From Promethearchaeota archaeon (GTDB lineage Archaea > Asgardarchaeota > Heimdallarchaeia > Hodarchaeales > Hodarchaeaceae), in NCBI GenBank assembly GCA_048938105.1, contig JBHLMN010000010.1, positions 128,001-192,000 of the forward strand: a stretch of 64,000 nucleotides of DNA, read 5' to 3'. Shown piece by piece: positions 10,782 to 20,419 of the stretch. Position numbers and translations under genes: made by a program. The stretch's first letter is position 1, and each line of letters begins with the position of its first letter. The notes under the pieces were generated by a model. The model ran no database searches. It was given only the letters and a program-made list of their open reading frames with translations, and was not told the DNA's origin.

Positions 10782-12221
10782 TCATTTATTATAGGGAGCA
10801 CGCTTTTCGGCGACATATTCTTGATGACGATCTTTAATCAACATGAAGAAAGAGAAGCCAATCAAAAATAGGACTAGCAGGACAAAGATGCCAATTTTGT
10901 AGGCGAGGGCGTTGGAGCCGAAACCTTGGCCTGATGCAAAGAAGCCAATTACACCCCCGAAAAGAATGATACCGAAAGCACTACTTCCCTTGCCGGCAAG
11001 CTTACTGAAACCAAAATATTGACCAATCTTATCGGGAGGGGCAAGCTCAAGAGTCATAGTTCGTTGAACAACCCAAATGGAACCCATACCAAAGCCAACC
11101 AGAATGGCCATGAGAAAAACGGTGAAATTAGGAAGAAAGCTGAGTACGATCGGAAGCTCAACATCGGGGTCGAAACTGTCAGCGAAAATGGGAATAGCAA
11201 GCGCAATCAACCAGACAATACCTACAACTTTGGCTAGAAACTTTGGCCCTTTCTTATCAGCGATTGGACCAGCAATACCAGTCAACAAAACAGCGAAAAC
11301 GACACCAACAAGAAGTAAAATGGTAGCAGTAGTTTCATCCATCCCAAATCCTTCAACAGCTGCAGGTTTCATAATATTAATAACCGTTTGGACTACATCA
11401 ACTGCAAAAAACCAGCCAATCACAAACCAACGCATATCCTTGTAATTCCACACTTCTTTGGCTGTGTCAACAGTTTCAGATAGGGCTGAACCTAATAAGG
11501 AACGAAAACCCAACTCAGCTATTCGATTTCGGCCAGCACGCTCCCGAGACAACAAGAAGGGTAAAGCAATGAGGAGAAAACCAAGCGCATAAAGCAACCA
11601 CATTTCATTGAGATGACCAATCCACTCACTTTTAGGACCCAATACAGTTTCATATTGATCAGGGTTGATCGTACCAATATCATCAGGAAGATCCACAGCT
11701 TCAGTAAAAAACGCAATCGCAGCGAAATTGAAGATAACAGCAAAAAAAGAACCAAAATATCCTAAAGCAACACCTACAGCAGAAACCCACCCTTTATCCT
11801 TATCTTGACAGATGCGAGGAATCATGGTATCATAAAACAAATTTCCCCACTGGTAGAAGATGTTAGCAGCAATAAAACAGAATAAAGCAATAAAGAGATT
11901 ATTAAACAGGAAAACAAGACCAGTAAAAAGAATGGTGAGCGACCCAAAGAGAATAGTACCAGGTTTGCCTTTACCATTGTTATCAGCAATCGTCCCCATG
12001 ATAGGAATAGTAAGGGCAACAAGGAAGGTACTGAGAGCAATAGCTATGCTGGCTAAGAAATAACTGAGACCATAATCGAAACCATTCCACATCCCCAAGA
12101 GGGTGCCATATTGCAAGACAGTCATGGAGACAATACCCATACTGAAGACAGTATTGGCAATATCATAGGAAGACCAGAGAAGAACATTGAGTTTAGACGT
12201 AGGGGGAGAGGGATCAGACAT
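10782..12221 (-). CDS. MFS transporter, UMF1/Atg22-like
   Basis: W..YD.AN at N-terminus, FYDTMIP, G.ALGYFG, GQYFGF..LAGK motifs. Confidence 0.85.
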   Translation of the reverse strand: MSDPSPPTSKLNVLLWSSYDIANTVFSMGIVSMTVLQYGTLLGMWNGFDYGLSYFLASIAIALSTFLVALTIPIMGTIADNNGKGKPGTILFGSLTILFTGLVFLFNNLFIALFCFIAANIFYQWGNLFYDTMIPRICQDKDKGWVSAVGVALGYFGSFFAVIFNFAAIAFFTEAVDLPDDIGTINPDQYETVLGPKSEWIGHLNEMWLLYALGFLLIALPFLLSRERAGRNRIAELGFRSLLGSALSETVDTAKEVWNYKDMRWFVIGWFFAVDVVQTVINIMKPAAVEGFGMDETTATILLLVGVVFAVLLTGIAGPIADKKGPKFLAKVVGIVWLIALAIPIFADSFDPDVELPIVLSFLPNFTVFLMAILVGFGMGSIWVVQRTMTLELAPPDKIGQYFGFSKLAGKGSSAFGIILFGGVIGFFASGQGFGSNALAYKIGIFVLLVLFLIGFSFFMLIKDRHQEYVAEKRAPYNK

Positions 12222-12712
12222 AAAACAGGCTCCAAAAGAGGGTAAGATCGGTTGAGTACTCCTATCTAAGAATTTTTCTCATCATAAATGGAGGTGAGGA
12301 AAAACCAAAAGCGAACCTGAAAACTAGACACACACAGCTTAATCATGGTTCTAGGGAAAAATCACACATGCAAGTTGCCATAGGTTGCCATAGATATTGC
12401 CATAACTTTATAACATAGAAGAAGAATACAGCATATGGGGTTAGGTCAGGAATAAACACCCTTTTTAATAACTGATAAACCCGGGAAAGAAATATAGAAA
12501 GCCATGGGCATCCAACGAACCGAAAAAACCTTTTTTTTCCTAACGTTGGGTGCCCCTCCCTCCCCCCTTTCAAAAATGAACTGATCTATGTTCTCCCTCA
12601 GTCTATTCATCACCTCATACCCGCATAGATCCATTATTAAACCTATTGATTTTCTTTTTCCTGAAATGCTCCTCCTTTTGCTGTCCTCCAGTTTATAGAT
12701 CATAACCAAGTT

Positions 12713-13033
12713 GTGAGTGACGTCCATCTTAGTGTACAAAACCTTTTTAGGAACGAAATCCTAGACATAGTGATGTTCATGTTAGAAAAAAAATCATCCA
12801 TTGAATTAGTTAATCCCGAGATAAGTAGAATTAAAGTAGGAGCAGGAATAGGACTGATCCTGATCTCATTTATTCTATTAATTTCCAGTTACCTATTTTC
12901 TGAGTACATAGAATCAATTAAAATAATCTTAAAGTTCGGAGCTTACCTCCTTAGCGGATTCGGGGGAGTATTAATTGGATTTGGACTTGGAGGTGGAAAA
13001 TACAGGAGTCAATGGATAAAAAAAAGAGATTAA
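12713..13033 (+). CDS. Small two-TM membrane protein (start may be about 12773)
   Basis: Two hydrophobic helices and a basic C-terminus. Confidence 0.55.
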   Translation: MSDVHLSVQNLFRNEILDIVMFMLEKKSSIELVNPEISRIKVGAGIGLILISFILLISSYLFSEYIESIKIILKFGAYLLSGFGGVLIGFGLGGGKYRSQWIKKRD

Positions 13034-13243
13034 ACCGAATCTTTAAACATATAAGATTCAAATAAGGAGGGATTTCTCTTTTTTGTAAGTATATCTGAAA
13101 ATCATTGATTGATGTTCACGCTAGGGTTCCAGTAGTCGTGCGGATGGTTTTATCCATTTTTGAAAATACTAAATATATTCCCTCCTAAATAATCCCCAGC
13201 ATTCCCAAGGAATGTTGTATTAAAGAATTTGGGAGTTATTCGT

Positions 13244-14608
13244 TTACACTCTCTTCTGTTTCAGAATTAATAACCCGAAGACGAAAAAGATGATTACTAG
13301 GAGAAGGAGCCCTATTAAGATGTTTTCGCTCAGAATGGGGGTTAGAGTAAGAGCAGAAGTAAGAACAGAAGTAGGAGCAGCTCGGGGATGCTCATCTTGA
13401 TTGTTTGCATCGCCGTCAATAGGATAGGGATTGTCAACGATCCCATCACCCTCGGTATCGGGTTCCGTCCAATCATCCCAGTAGTTCTGGTCAAATGTAT
13501 TATTTCTCCCATCATCATTAGCTTGATGAGATGATACAAATAGATTATTACTCATGAAAGAGTTCCACGACACATTACAATATGAAGACTCTTCATCCAT
13601 TGAAATACCATATTCACTATTATTGGAGACTATATTGCTAAAAATGGTAATGTTATTAGACCCTACGAGCTCAAGCCCTTGCCCATTGTGGGAAACCGAA
13701 TTATTAGAAATTTTTACGTTATTAGACTCGTAGAGATAAATTCCTTCCCAATTATAGTAGACGATGTTGTTGGAAATAGTGACCTCCGTAGAATAACTAA
13801 TACGAATTCCTCCTTCATATCTATTGGTTATTATATTGTTATAAATAGCATTATTATTAGAATAATAAAGATTAATTCCTTCCCCGTTGTTGTTGGAAAC
13901 TAAGTTGTTAGAAATAACACCATTATTAGACCTACTAAAATGAATTCCATAGCCATTGTTGTTTGAGACGGTATTATTAGAAATGGTGCTATTATGTGAG
14001 TCCTCAAGAAAAATACCAAAGCCTAGAATCCAGTCCTTATTTATGTTTGATACATTATTGTTGGCAATTATGGTATTCCTTGAGTTCTGTAGTGTTATTC
14101 CACTAAGCAAATAATTAATCACAACGTTATTTTTAACGGTTCCATGTGTAACATTGTGTAACTCAATACCTGATTGAGCTGAAGATAAACCATTAAGAAA
14201 AATATGTTTAATACAAAAATGTGCACTTAAATTAAACATTCTGATTGAACTACCAATGGCCGTGATATTAAAGTCTTCAATGCGGTAAGGATCATCAATA
14301 GTACCCAAACCAGGGAATCCTTGGGATTCAAAATCATCATTCTTTGTAATTATAATGGACTCATGAGGTATGAACTGACGATCTTTTGGGGCAATAATCA
14401 TATGTTGAATAGATTGATCATCCAAGAATTGGTTATCAGGGATAATTGGAAGTACTTGGCCTAATCCATAGATAGATAGACAAAAGAAAATCATGACAAT
14501 GAGAACAGTATTACTAAATTTCAAAGTGGTTTCCTTTTTGATCCAAATCCTAAGGTTTATCTTAAAAATTTCCTTCAGATTAGTATGATCTCTTCTTTTC
14601 CCAATCAA
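13244..14608 (-). CDS. NosD-like right-handed beta-helix surface protein with C-terminal TM anchor
   Basis: Repeated GI.L..S.N..I.NN.V..N coils; GTIDDPYRIE; NYWDDW..PD..GDGIVDNPY; C-terminal TM plus KQKRV. Confidence 0.85.
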   Translation of the reverse strand: MIGKRRDHTNLKEIFKINLRIWIKKETTLKFSNTVLIVMIFFCLSIYGLGQVLPIIPDNQFLDDQSIQHMIIAPKDRQFIPHESIIITKNDDFESQGFPGLGTIDDPYRIEDFNITAIGSSIRMFNLSAHFCIKHIFLNGLSSAQSGIELHNVTHGTVKNNVVINYLLSGITLQNSRNTIIANNNVSNINKDWILGFGIFLEDSHNSTISNNTVSNNNGYGIHFSRSNNGVISNNLVSNNNGEGINLYYSNNNAIYNNIITNRYEGGIRISYSTEVTISNNIVYYNWEGIYLYESNNVKISNNSVSHNGQGLELVGSNNITIFSNIVSNNSEYGISMDEESSYCNVSWNSFMSNNLFVSSHQANDDGRNNTFDQNYWDDWTEPDTEGDGIVDNPYPIDGDANNQDEHPRAAPTSVLTSALTLTPILSENILIGLLLLVIIFFVFGLLILKQKRV

Positions 14609-15282
14609 TAATCTGATTGAATAAACTCAATGTTGTCAGCATCAATATTTGAGTCGATAAATTGCACATCCACTCGATCAGGCTGGTACATGGTACAAAT
14701 TACTAACTTTCTTGCTTCAATTGAGAGATTTTTGATTATAAAGACTTTTTTCATTCGGGTTGGTATTCTGAGTTTATTTAGGATTATATCTGGTAGTAAA
14801 AACCATTTTGTGAAGAACCCAAGGAATGAAATGGTGACAATAGGTGCGTTGATTACACCATTAATGCTAGGGCCTTTTTTCTTAGGATTAATTGGTAACC
14901 AGACCGATTCAGATGCATTAATATCCCTTTCAACCTTAATATCTCCCCAAAGCTCAATATTCTTCCCTTCAATTGAGTACACTTTTACTGATTTACCATT
15001 AAAACGAATTACCTTGCCTCGCACATTTCCTTTGATTTCACATGCTCCCTCCACGGTAATGTTTTCGGAGGAAATCATATCATTTCCTATTTTTAAAGAG
15101 TTATTGACGTAAATCGATCCCCTGGTGGTTACAAGATCTTCATTGACTGTTAGTGCTCTTTCAGATATGAGGGAAAATACTTGGATAGAGCCAAGTGCTG
15201 TGGTTACACCAGTTATATGAAGATCATCTTCTAAAATCAAGTCTTCTTTTAAAATTTGGGAGTGAAATTTCATATAGTTCAA
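14605..15282 (-). CDS. Bactofilin/polymer-forming cytoskeletal-like beta-helix protein
   Basis: Repeating I.V.G..I.G beta-coil pattern (ITVEGACEIKGNVRG, IELWGDIKVERDINA). Confidence 0.5.
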   Translation of the reverse strand: MNYMKFHSQILKEDLILEDDLHITGVTTALGSIQVFSLISERALTVNEDLVTTRGSIYVNNSLKIGNDMISSENITVEGACEIKGNVRGKVIRFNGKSVKVYSIEGKNIELWGDIKVERDINASESVWLPINPKKKGPSINGVINAPIVTISFLGFFTKWFLLPDIILNKLRIPTRMKKVFIIKNLSIEARKLVICTMYQPDRVDVQFIDSNIDADNIEFIQSDY

Positions 15283-15809
15283 TTTCCATATTGATTGTCT
15301 ATTAATTTAAAATTTAGTCAGTGTGACAAAAACCTTGAATTTTTATACTTTTAGATTTTTTCTGTGTTGAAGAATAAAGGTATATTGAAATCAATTTCTC
15401 TATAAAATAATAGCTTCCTCTCTTAAACCATAAGTAAAGAAACAAACCATAGTCTTTTTCTCACTGTATTACTCGTATATACGTTGTTATTACAGTGGCA
15501 AATATCAGTGTATTATTGACAACCGAATCATGAAGGGGTTCTCCAATTCAACACCGATCCCATTTTCTCTAATCAATTGGGATTAATTTTTTTCTTTTAT
15601 TCATCAATCCCTTTCTTACATACAATTTTACGAGTTTCTCTTGCTCTATCACCCTCTTTTTTGTGATAGGCTTATACTCAGATCACTTTAAATTATAGTA
15701 ATTCATATATCAGAATAGCATTCCAGAGATTAGACTGAGTAATTCCATTCTGAGAGGATTTTATTTCCTAAATATCTTAATCATTTATTCTAAATGGAGA
15801 AATCTTAAG

Positions 15810-18800
15810 GTGGGTATGGTTAAAGAAGATACCAAGCTAGATTTTCAACTTATTGCTAACTTAAGCGTTGATGTGATATTTCAACTGGCTTTGAATGGTG
15901 ATATAACGTATTGTTCCCCATCAGTTGAACAAATGCTTGGTTACAGATCTGATGAAGTTATTGGTGCCAATTTTCGTAATTTTATGAATCCTACTGACAC
16001 TTCTAGTGCAGCAGAGGCCTTTCGACAATTAATCTCTGGTGAAATAATTGTCAACTTCGAGTTTCAGTTGTTACGCAAAGATAATTCACCTGTTCAGGTT
16101 GAGTTTAGTGCTGCGCCTGTTATCACTCAAGGAACAGTGGTCAGTATCCAAGGAATTTGTCGCGATATCTCTGAGCTCAAACAGGTAAAAGAGGAGACTC
16201 GTCAGAGCGAAGAACGCTTCTATGAATTTATTGAAGCGTCTCCCGATGGTATTGCAATAACAGACCTTGATGGAACAATCCTCATGGTTAACAATTACGG
16301 GGCAACGACACTTGGTTATGAAGACAAAGAAGAATTAATAGGGAAAAATGGATTTGACAACCTTATTCCAGAAGATAGAACCCGAGCACTTGAAAATGTA
16401 ACACATGTTTTAGAAGCTGGAAGACTTGATACAACAGAATATTCTCTTATTAAGAAAGATGGGTCAATTTTCTCGGTGGATATGACTGTGTCTACAATCA
16501 AAGATGCCGATGACAATCCAGTCAGCTTCATGGTTGTGATTCGAGATATCTCTGACCGCATAAAACTGCAAAAAGCAGTACAAGAAAGTGAGATCCACAC
16601 TCATCAAATCATCGAAAATATTCGAGATATCGTTTTTACTCTATCTCCTGAAGGATACATCACTTCTTTAAATCCTGCATTTGAGGAAATCACAGGATTA
16701 TCTCTAAATGAAGCTATTGGAAAACATTTTACTTCCATGATTCATCCTGATACTAGTTCCAGTGCTCTGAAAGCATTTAAATCGATTATACAAAATAAAT
16801 CGACTGGTACAAGTGAGGTTCTACTCAAAACTAAAGAAGATACTTATGCAATTATTGAAGGACGAGTAACTCCTCAATTTGATCAAGGAGAAATTGTTAG
16901 CTTTTTTGGTGTTGCTCGAGACATAACCAAACGTAAACAAGCTGAGGAAGCTCTTCGAGAAAATGAAGAAATGTTCCGATTATTATCTGAACAATCTTTT
17001 TTAGCTATTTGTTTGGTTCAGGACGATCGAATAAAGTATGTTAATCAAGCTTTTCTCGATTTTGTGAATCTTCCTTCAGAAGAAGTCCTGTCTTGGACGA
17101 GAAAAGAGTACTCACAATTTATTCACCCTGATGATCGACAAGTTACCCTAGAACAAGGACGTAAAAAGCAAATTGGTGAAAAAGAAGGAGTAATTCCTCA
17201 TTATTCTTTACGAATAATCACCCTATCTGGAGAAAGAAGGTGGATCGAAGTTTATTCGAAAACAATAGACTATAAAGGGAAACTGGCAAATTTCGTAACC
17301 TTTATTGACATTACTGAAAGAAAACGAATGGAAAAATCACTTCGAGAAAGCGAGGAACAATACCGTGATATTTTAGAGAATATTCGTGATGTTGTTTTCA
17401 CTCTCACGCCTGATATTACAATTTCATCAGTTTCACCAGAATTTGAAAAATTCACAGGGTATTTATGCGCCGAAAGGATTGGAAAAAGCTTCATGGAGAT
17501 TGTTCACCCTGATGACATTCATAGTACTACAATGGGATTTAAAGCAACACTTCATGGAGAAACTCCTCCTCCACACGAAACACGAATTATATCTAAATCT
17601 GGTGAGATTGTAACTTGTGAAATAAAAGCAACACCTCAGGTCAAAGATGGTGATATTGTCGGGTGTTTAGGTATTTGTCGAGACATCACTGAACGAAAAA
17701 AGGCCGAAGAGGAACTTATTAGAACCAAAAAACGACTTGAATATCTTCTTAAATCCTGTCCAGCAGTGATCTATTCTTGTACGCCAGATGGCCATTTTGA
17801 AACCACATTTATGAGTGAGAACATTGAGAAAATCCTCGGACATCAGGCTGATAATTTTGTTCACAAGCCAGAGTTCTGGGAAGAGAGTATTCATCCTGAA
17901 GACAGAGAACATGTTATTGCTGCATTTAGTGAAATAACTGAAAAAAGCTATTATAGTGATGAGTACCGATTCAAGCATAAAGATGGTTCCTACCACTGGA
18001 TGCTTGAAGAAGCCAATCTTATTCCTGATGATAATGGAAATCCCTTGGAAGTCGTTGGTTTTTGGACAGACATTACCGAGCGTAAAATTGTAGAAGAGAA
18101 ATTACGACAGAGCGAAAAACAGTATAGAACGCTATTCGAGAATACGCCCATTGGACTTTATCGCAGTACACCTGACAACAAATTTCTTACAGCGAATCCT
18201 AAATTTATCAAACAAGTTGGATTATCTTCTTTCAAAGAACTATGCACTATTAGTCCCAATGGGTTAGCAACCCAAAGGAATTATCCAAGGGATCGTTTTA
18301 TAAATGAAATTAATAAAAAAGGGGAAGTCAAGGGATTTGAATCCCAATTTATTAGACCAGATGGAACTTTCACCTACATCAGAGAGAATGCACGAGCAAT
18401 AACGGATTCAGATGGGTCAATTCTATACTATGAAGGGAGTGTGGAAGATATTACTGACCGGATTTTAGCAGAGAAAGCAGTTTGTGAAAGTGAAGAGAAA
18501 TTTAGATCAATTTTTGATAGTGCACCTATCGGGATGGCCCTTACAGATTTAGACTTTCAATTCACTAGGGTTAATAAAGCTATTACTGAAATGATGGGAT
18601 ATTCTGAAGAAGAACTTATAGAATCATCTCTTCCTGAGATTACACACCTCGAAGATCGAATAAACGATTTAAAATTCATTGAAGGTTTCGTTAATAATGA
18701 AAAACCTACCTATCAGACTAAAAAAAGATATCTTAAGAAAGATAGGAAACCTTTTTGGGCTCGTACGACTCTTTCCCATCTTTATAACGATAAAGGAGAA

Positions 18801-19541
18801 CCTATCAATTACCTTGCAATGATTGAAGATATTACTGCAAGTGTACAATTAGAAGAAGGTTGGAAACAGCAATTATTGAAATATGATGTCACTGGTGGAA
18901 ATATCTATCTAGTAACAGAAAATACTCCTGTGTTATCCCAGACTGTATTTAAAGATCTTATTGAGGTGGGATACAGAGGGTACATCATTTCTAGAGCTTT
19001 AGAAAAAGATTATCATATTCCCACGAAAGAAAATTACGTTTTTCATCACTTGAATGAGAAGATGGACAACGAGGCCCTCTTAAAGATTATAGAAGACACA
19101 CCAAACAAAAGTGTCATTTTAATTGATCGAATAGAATACTTATTCACAAATAGAGGGTTCGAGGAAACAATGCAACTTGTTTATAAATTATCTGAGACTG
19201 CATATCTGAAAACCTCGATTATTATAATATCTGTTGACAAGCTCACATTAACAGAACGACAAATGCACATTTTAAAGAAAGAAACCAAAGAAATCGAACT
19301 CCGCTCATTAGCAGCACTTTCTGAAGAAAATCTTGAGATCTTAAGATTAATCTATCAACAGAATAATTTAGGAAAAAAACCATCATATTCTGTCATTGGA
19401 AAGGAGTTAGAGATTAGTAGACCAACAGCTAGAAAAAGAATAAAGCATCTAGTAGCTACAGGATATTTAATTGAAAGAAGAAAGAGAAATAGTAAAGTTT
19501 TAGAATTAACTGAAAAAGGTAAGCTTCTATTCTTGAGATAA
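15810..19541 (+). CDS. One-component sensor: 8 PAS domains + DUF835 (inactive KaiC/RecA-like) + wHTH
   Basis: Eight PAS/PAC units ending DIS/DIT; GGNIYLV...VILIDRIEYL...GFE DUF835-like segment; C-terminal ISRPTARKRIKHL...LTEKG wHTH; no histidine kinase. Confidence 0.85.
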   Translation: MGMVKEDTKLDFQLIANLSVDVIFQLALNGDITYCSPSVEQMLGYRSDEVIGANFRNFMNPTDTSSAAEAFRQLISGEIIVNFEFQLLRKDNSPVQVEFSAAPVITQGTVVSIQGICRDISELKQVKEETRQSEERFYEFIEASPDGIAITDLDGTILMVNNYGATTLGYEDKEELIGKNGFDNLIPEDRTRALENVTHVLEAGRLDTTEYSLIKKDGSIFSVDMTVSTIKDADDNPVSFMVVIRDISDRIKLQKAVQESEIHTHQIIENIRDIVFTLSPEGYITSLNPAFEEITGLSLNEAIGKHFTSMIHPDTSSSALKAFKSIIQNKSTGTSEVLLKTKEDTYAIIEGRVTPQFDQGEIVSFFGVARDITKRKQAEEALRENEEMFRLLSEQSFLAICLVQDDRIKYVNQAFLDFVNLPSEEVLSWTRKEYSQFIHPDDRQVTLEQGRKKQIGEKEGVIPHYSLRIITLSGERRWIEVYSKTIDYKGKLANFVTFIDITERKRMEKSLRESEEQYRDILENIRDVVFTLTPDITISSVSPEFEKFTGYLCAERIGKSFMEIVHPDDIHSTTMGFKATLHGETPPPHETRIISKSGEIVTCEIKATPQVKDGDIVGCLGICRDITERKKAEEELIRTKKRLEYLLKSCPAVIYSCTPDGHFETTFMSENIEKILGHQADNFVHKPEFWEESIHPEDREHVIAAFSEITEKSYYSDEYRFKHKDGSYHWMLEEANLIPDDNGNPLEVVGFWTDITERKIVEEKLRQSEKQYRTLFENTPIGLYRSTPDNKFLTANPKFIKQVGLSSFKELCTISPNGLATQRNYPRDRFINEINKKGEVKGFESQFIRPDGTFTYIRENARAITDSDGSILYYEGSVEDITDRILAEKAVCESEEKFRSIFDSAPIGMALTDLDFQFTRVNKAITEMMGYSEEELIESSLPEITHLEDRINDLKFIEGFVNNEKPTYQTKKRYLKKDRKPFWARTTLSHLYNDKGEPINYLAMIEDITASVQLEEGWKQQLLKYDVTGGNIYLVTENTPVLSQTVFKDLIEVGYRGYIISRALEKDYHIPTKENYVFHHLNEKMDNEALLKIIEDTPNKSVILIDRIEYLFTNRGFEETMQLVYKLSETAYLKTSIIIISVDKLTLTERQMHILKKETKEIELRSLAALSEENLEILRLIYQQNNLGKKPSYSVIGKELEISRPTARKRIKHLVATGYLIERRKRNSKVLELTEKGKLLFLR

Positions 19542-19576
19542 ATCTTCTTTTATCCGCATTAGTTTGAAATAAGACA

Positions 19577-20215
19577 TTACTCAATAGGTTGACGAATAAT
19601 AGTTCTGAGTCTCTCAGGTTTCGTTCTTCGAGGATCAGAGAGGTATATTTCATGATGTTTTCCTCTCAAGCTGTGTCCCTGATCCTTAATATAATTATGC
19701 ATCCGTTCGATGGTGGGGCCTTCTTCATAATATGGCCCAAAGTACAGGATTTGAGCAGATAATCCTTCAATATAGGTTTCAAACCGAACTCTTGATAGAG
19801 AGGGAGGATTTTTCTTCTTTTGTACTTCCTCAATTGCCTCGTCCACCATGTCTTGTGTGATAAAATCAGGCTGCATAATCATGGAGGTCCATAACCATTC
19901 ATCTTTCCTTTCCATGAATGATTCTGTAAAAATCTCCATATCCTTAGCCCACCATAGACCCTCAAGGGGCATAACGACGTAATCTTTTCCTGTTTTCTTT
20001 ACTATAAATTTCAATGTATATGAAAGGGGGTACAAGGTCATCATGGCATCTTGATATTCTTGGGATGTACCAGGATACCCCTGCCCATCTATCATGAGAA
20101 AATTCAATGGAGGGACATCCACAATTGAAAATTCTTTTGCTGACACTCCCGAGTAAAAATCTTTCAGTTCTTTTTTGAAATCTATTTTTTTCATATTCTT
20201 CATAACTCCTTTCAT
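19577..20215 (-). CDS. GyrI-like small-molecule-binding protein
   Basis: FLMIDGQG, YVVMPLEGLWW, HHEIYLSDPRR, RTIIRQP. Confidence 0.9.
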   Translation of the reverse strand: MKGVMKNMKKIDFKKELKDFYSGVSAKEFSIVDVPPLNFLMIDGQGYPGTSQEYQDAMMTLYPLSYTLKFIVKKTGKDYVVMPLEGLWWAKDMEIFTESFMERKDEWLWTSMIMQPDFITQDMVDEAIEEVQKKKNPPSLSRVRFETYIEGLSAQILYFGPYYEEGPTIERMHNYIKDQGHSLRGKHHEIYLSDPRRTKPERLRTIIRQPIE

Positions 20216-20419
20216 GGATAAAGTCTCGTTTCATCCCAAAAAGTATTCTTTTATATTTTGATAGTGAGTGAAGGAGGGAAACAGAAATCTGTAATTATAT
20301 TTAAAACACGCAAGTATCTGATTAAAGTTGATAAGGAAACAAAAATCATTCTCAATTATGCAGTTTATAAATACAGAACAATCCATTTAAAAGCTAGAGT
20401 CCTCTGTTGGAAAATCCAG

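Noticed and set aside
12343-12739. Short minus-strand ORFs between the MFS and the small membrane gene
   Set aside because: No motifs, mutually overlapping, lie in probable promoter DNA
14630-15112. 160-aa antisense ORF, representative of many short antisense ORFs in the track
   Set aside because: Fully antisense to a better-supported gene
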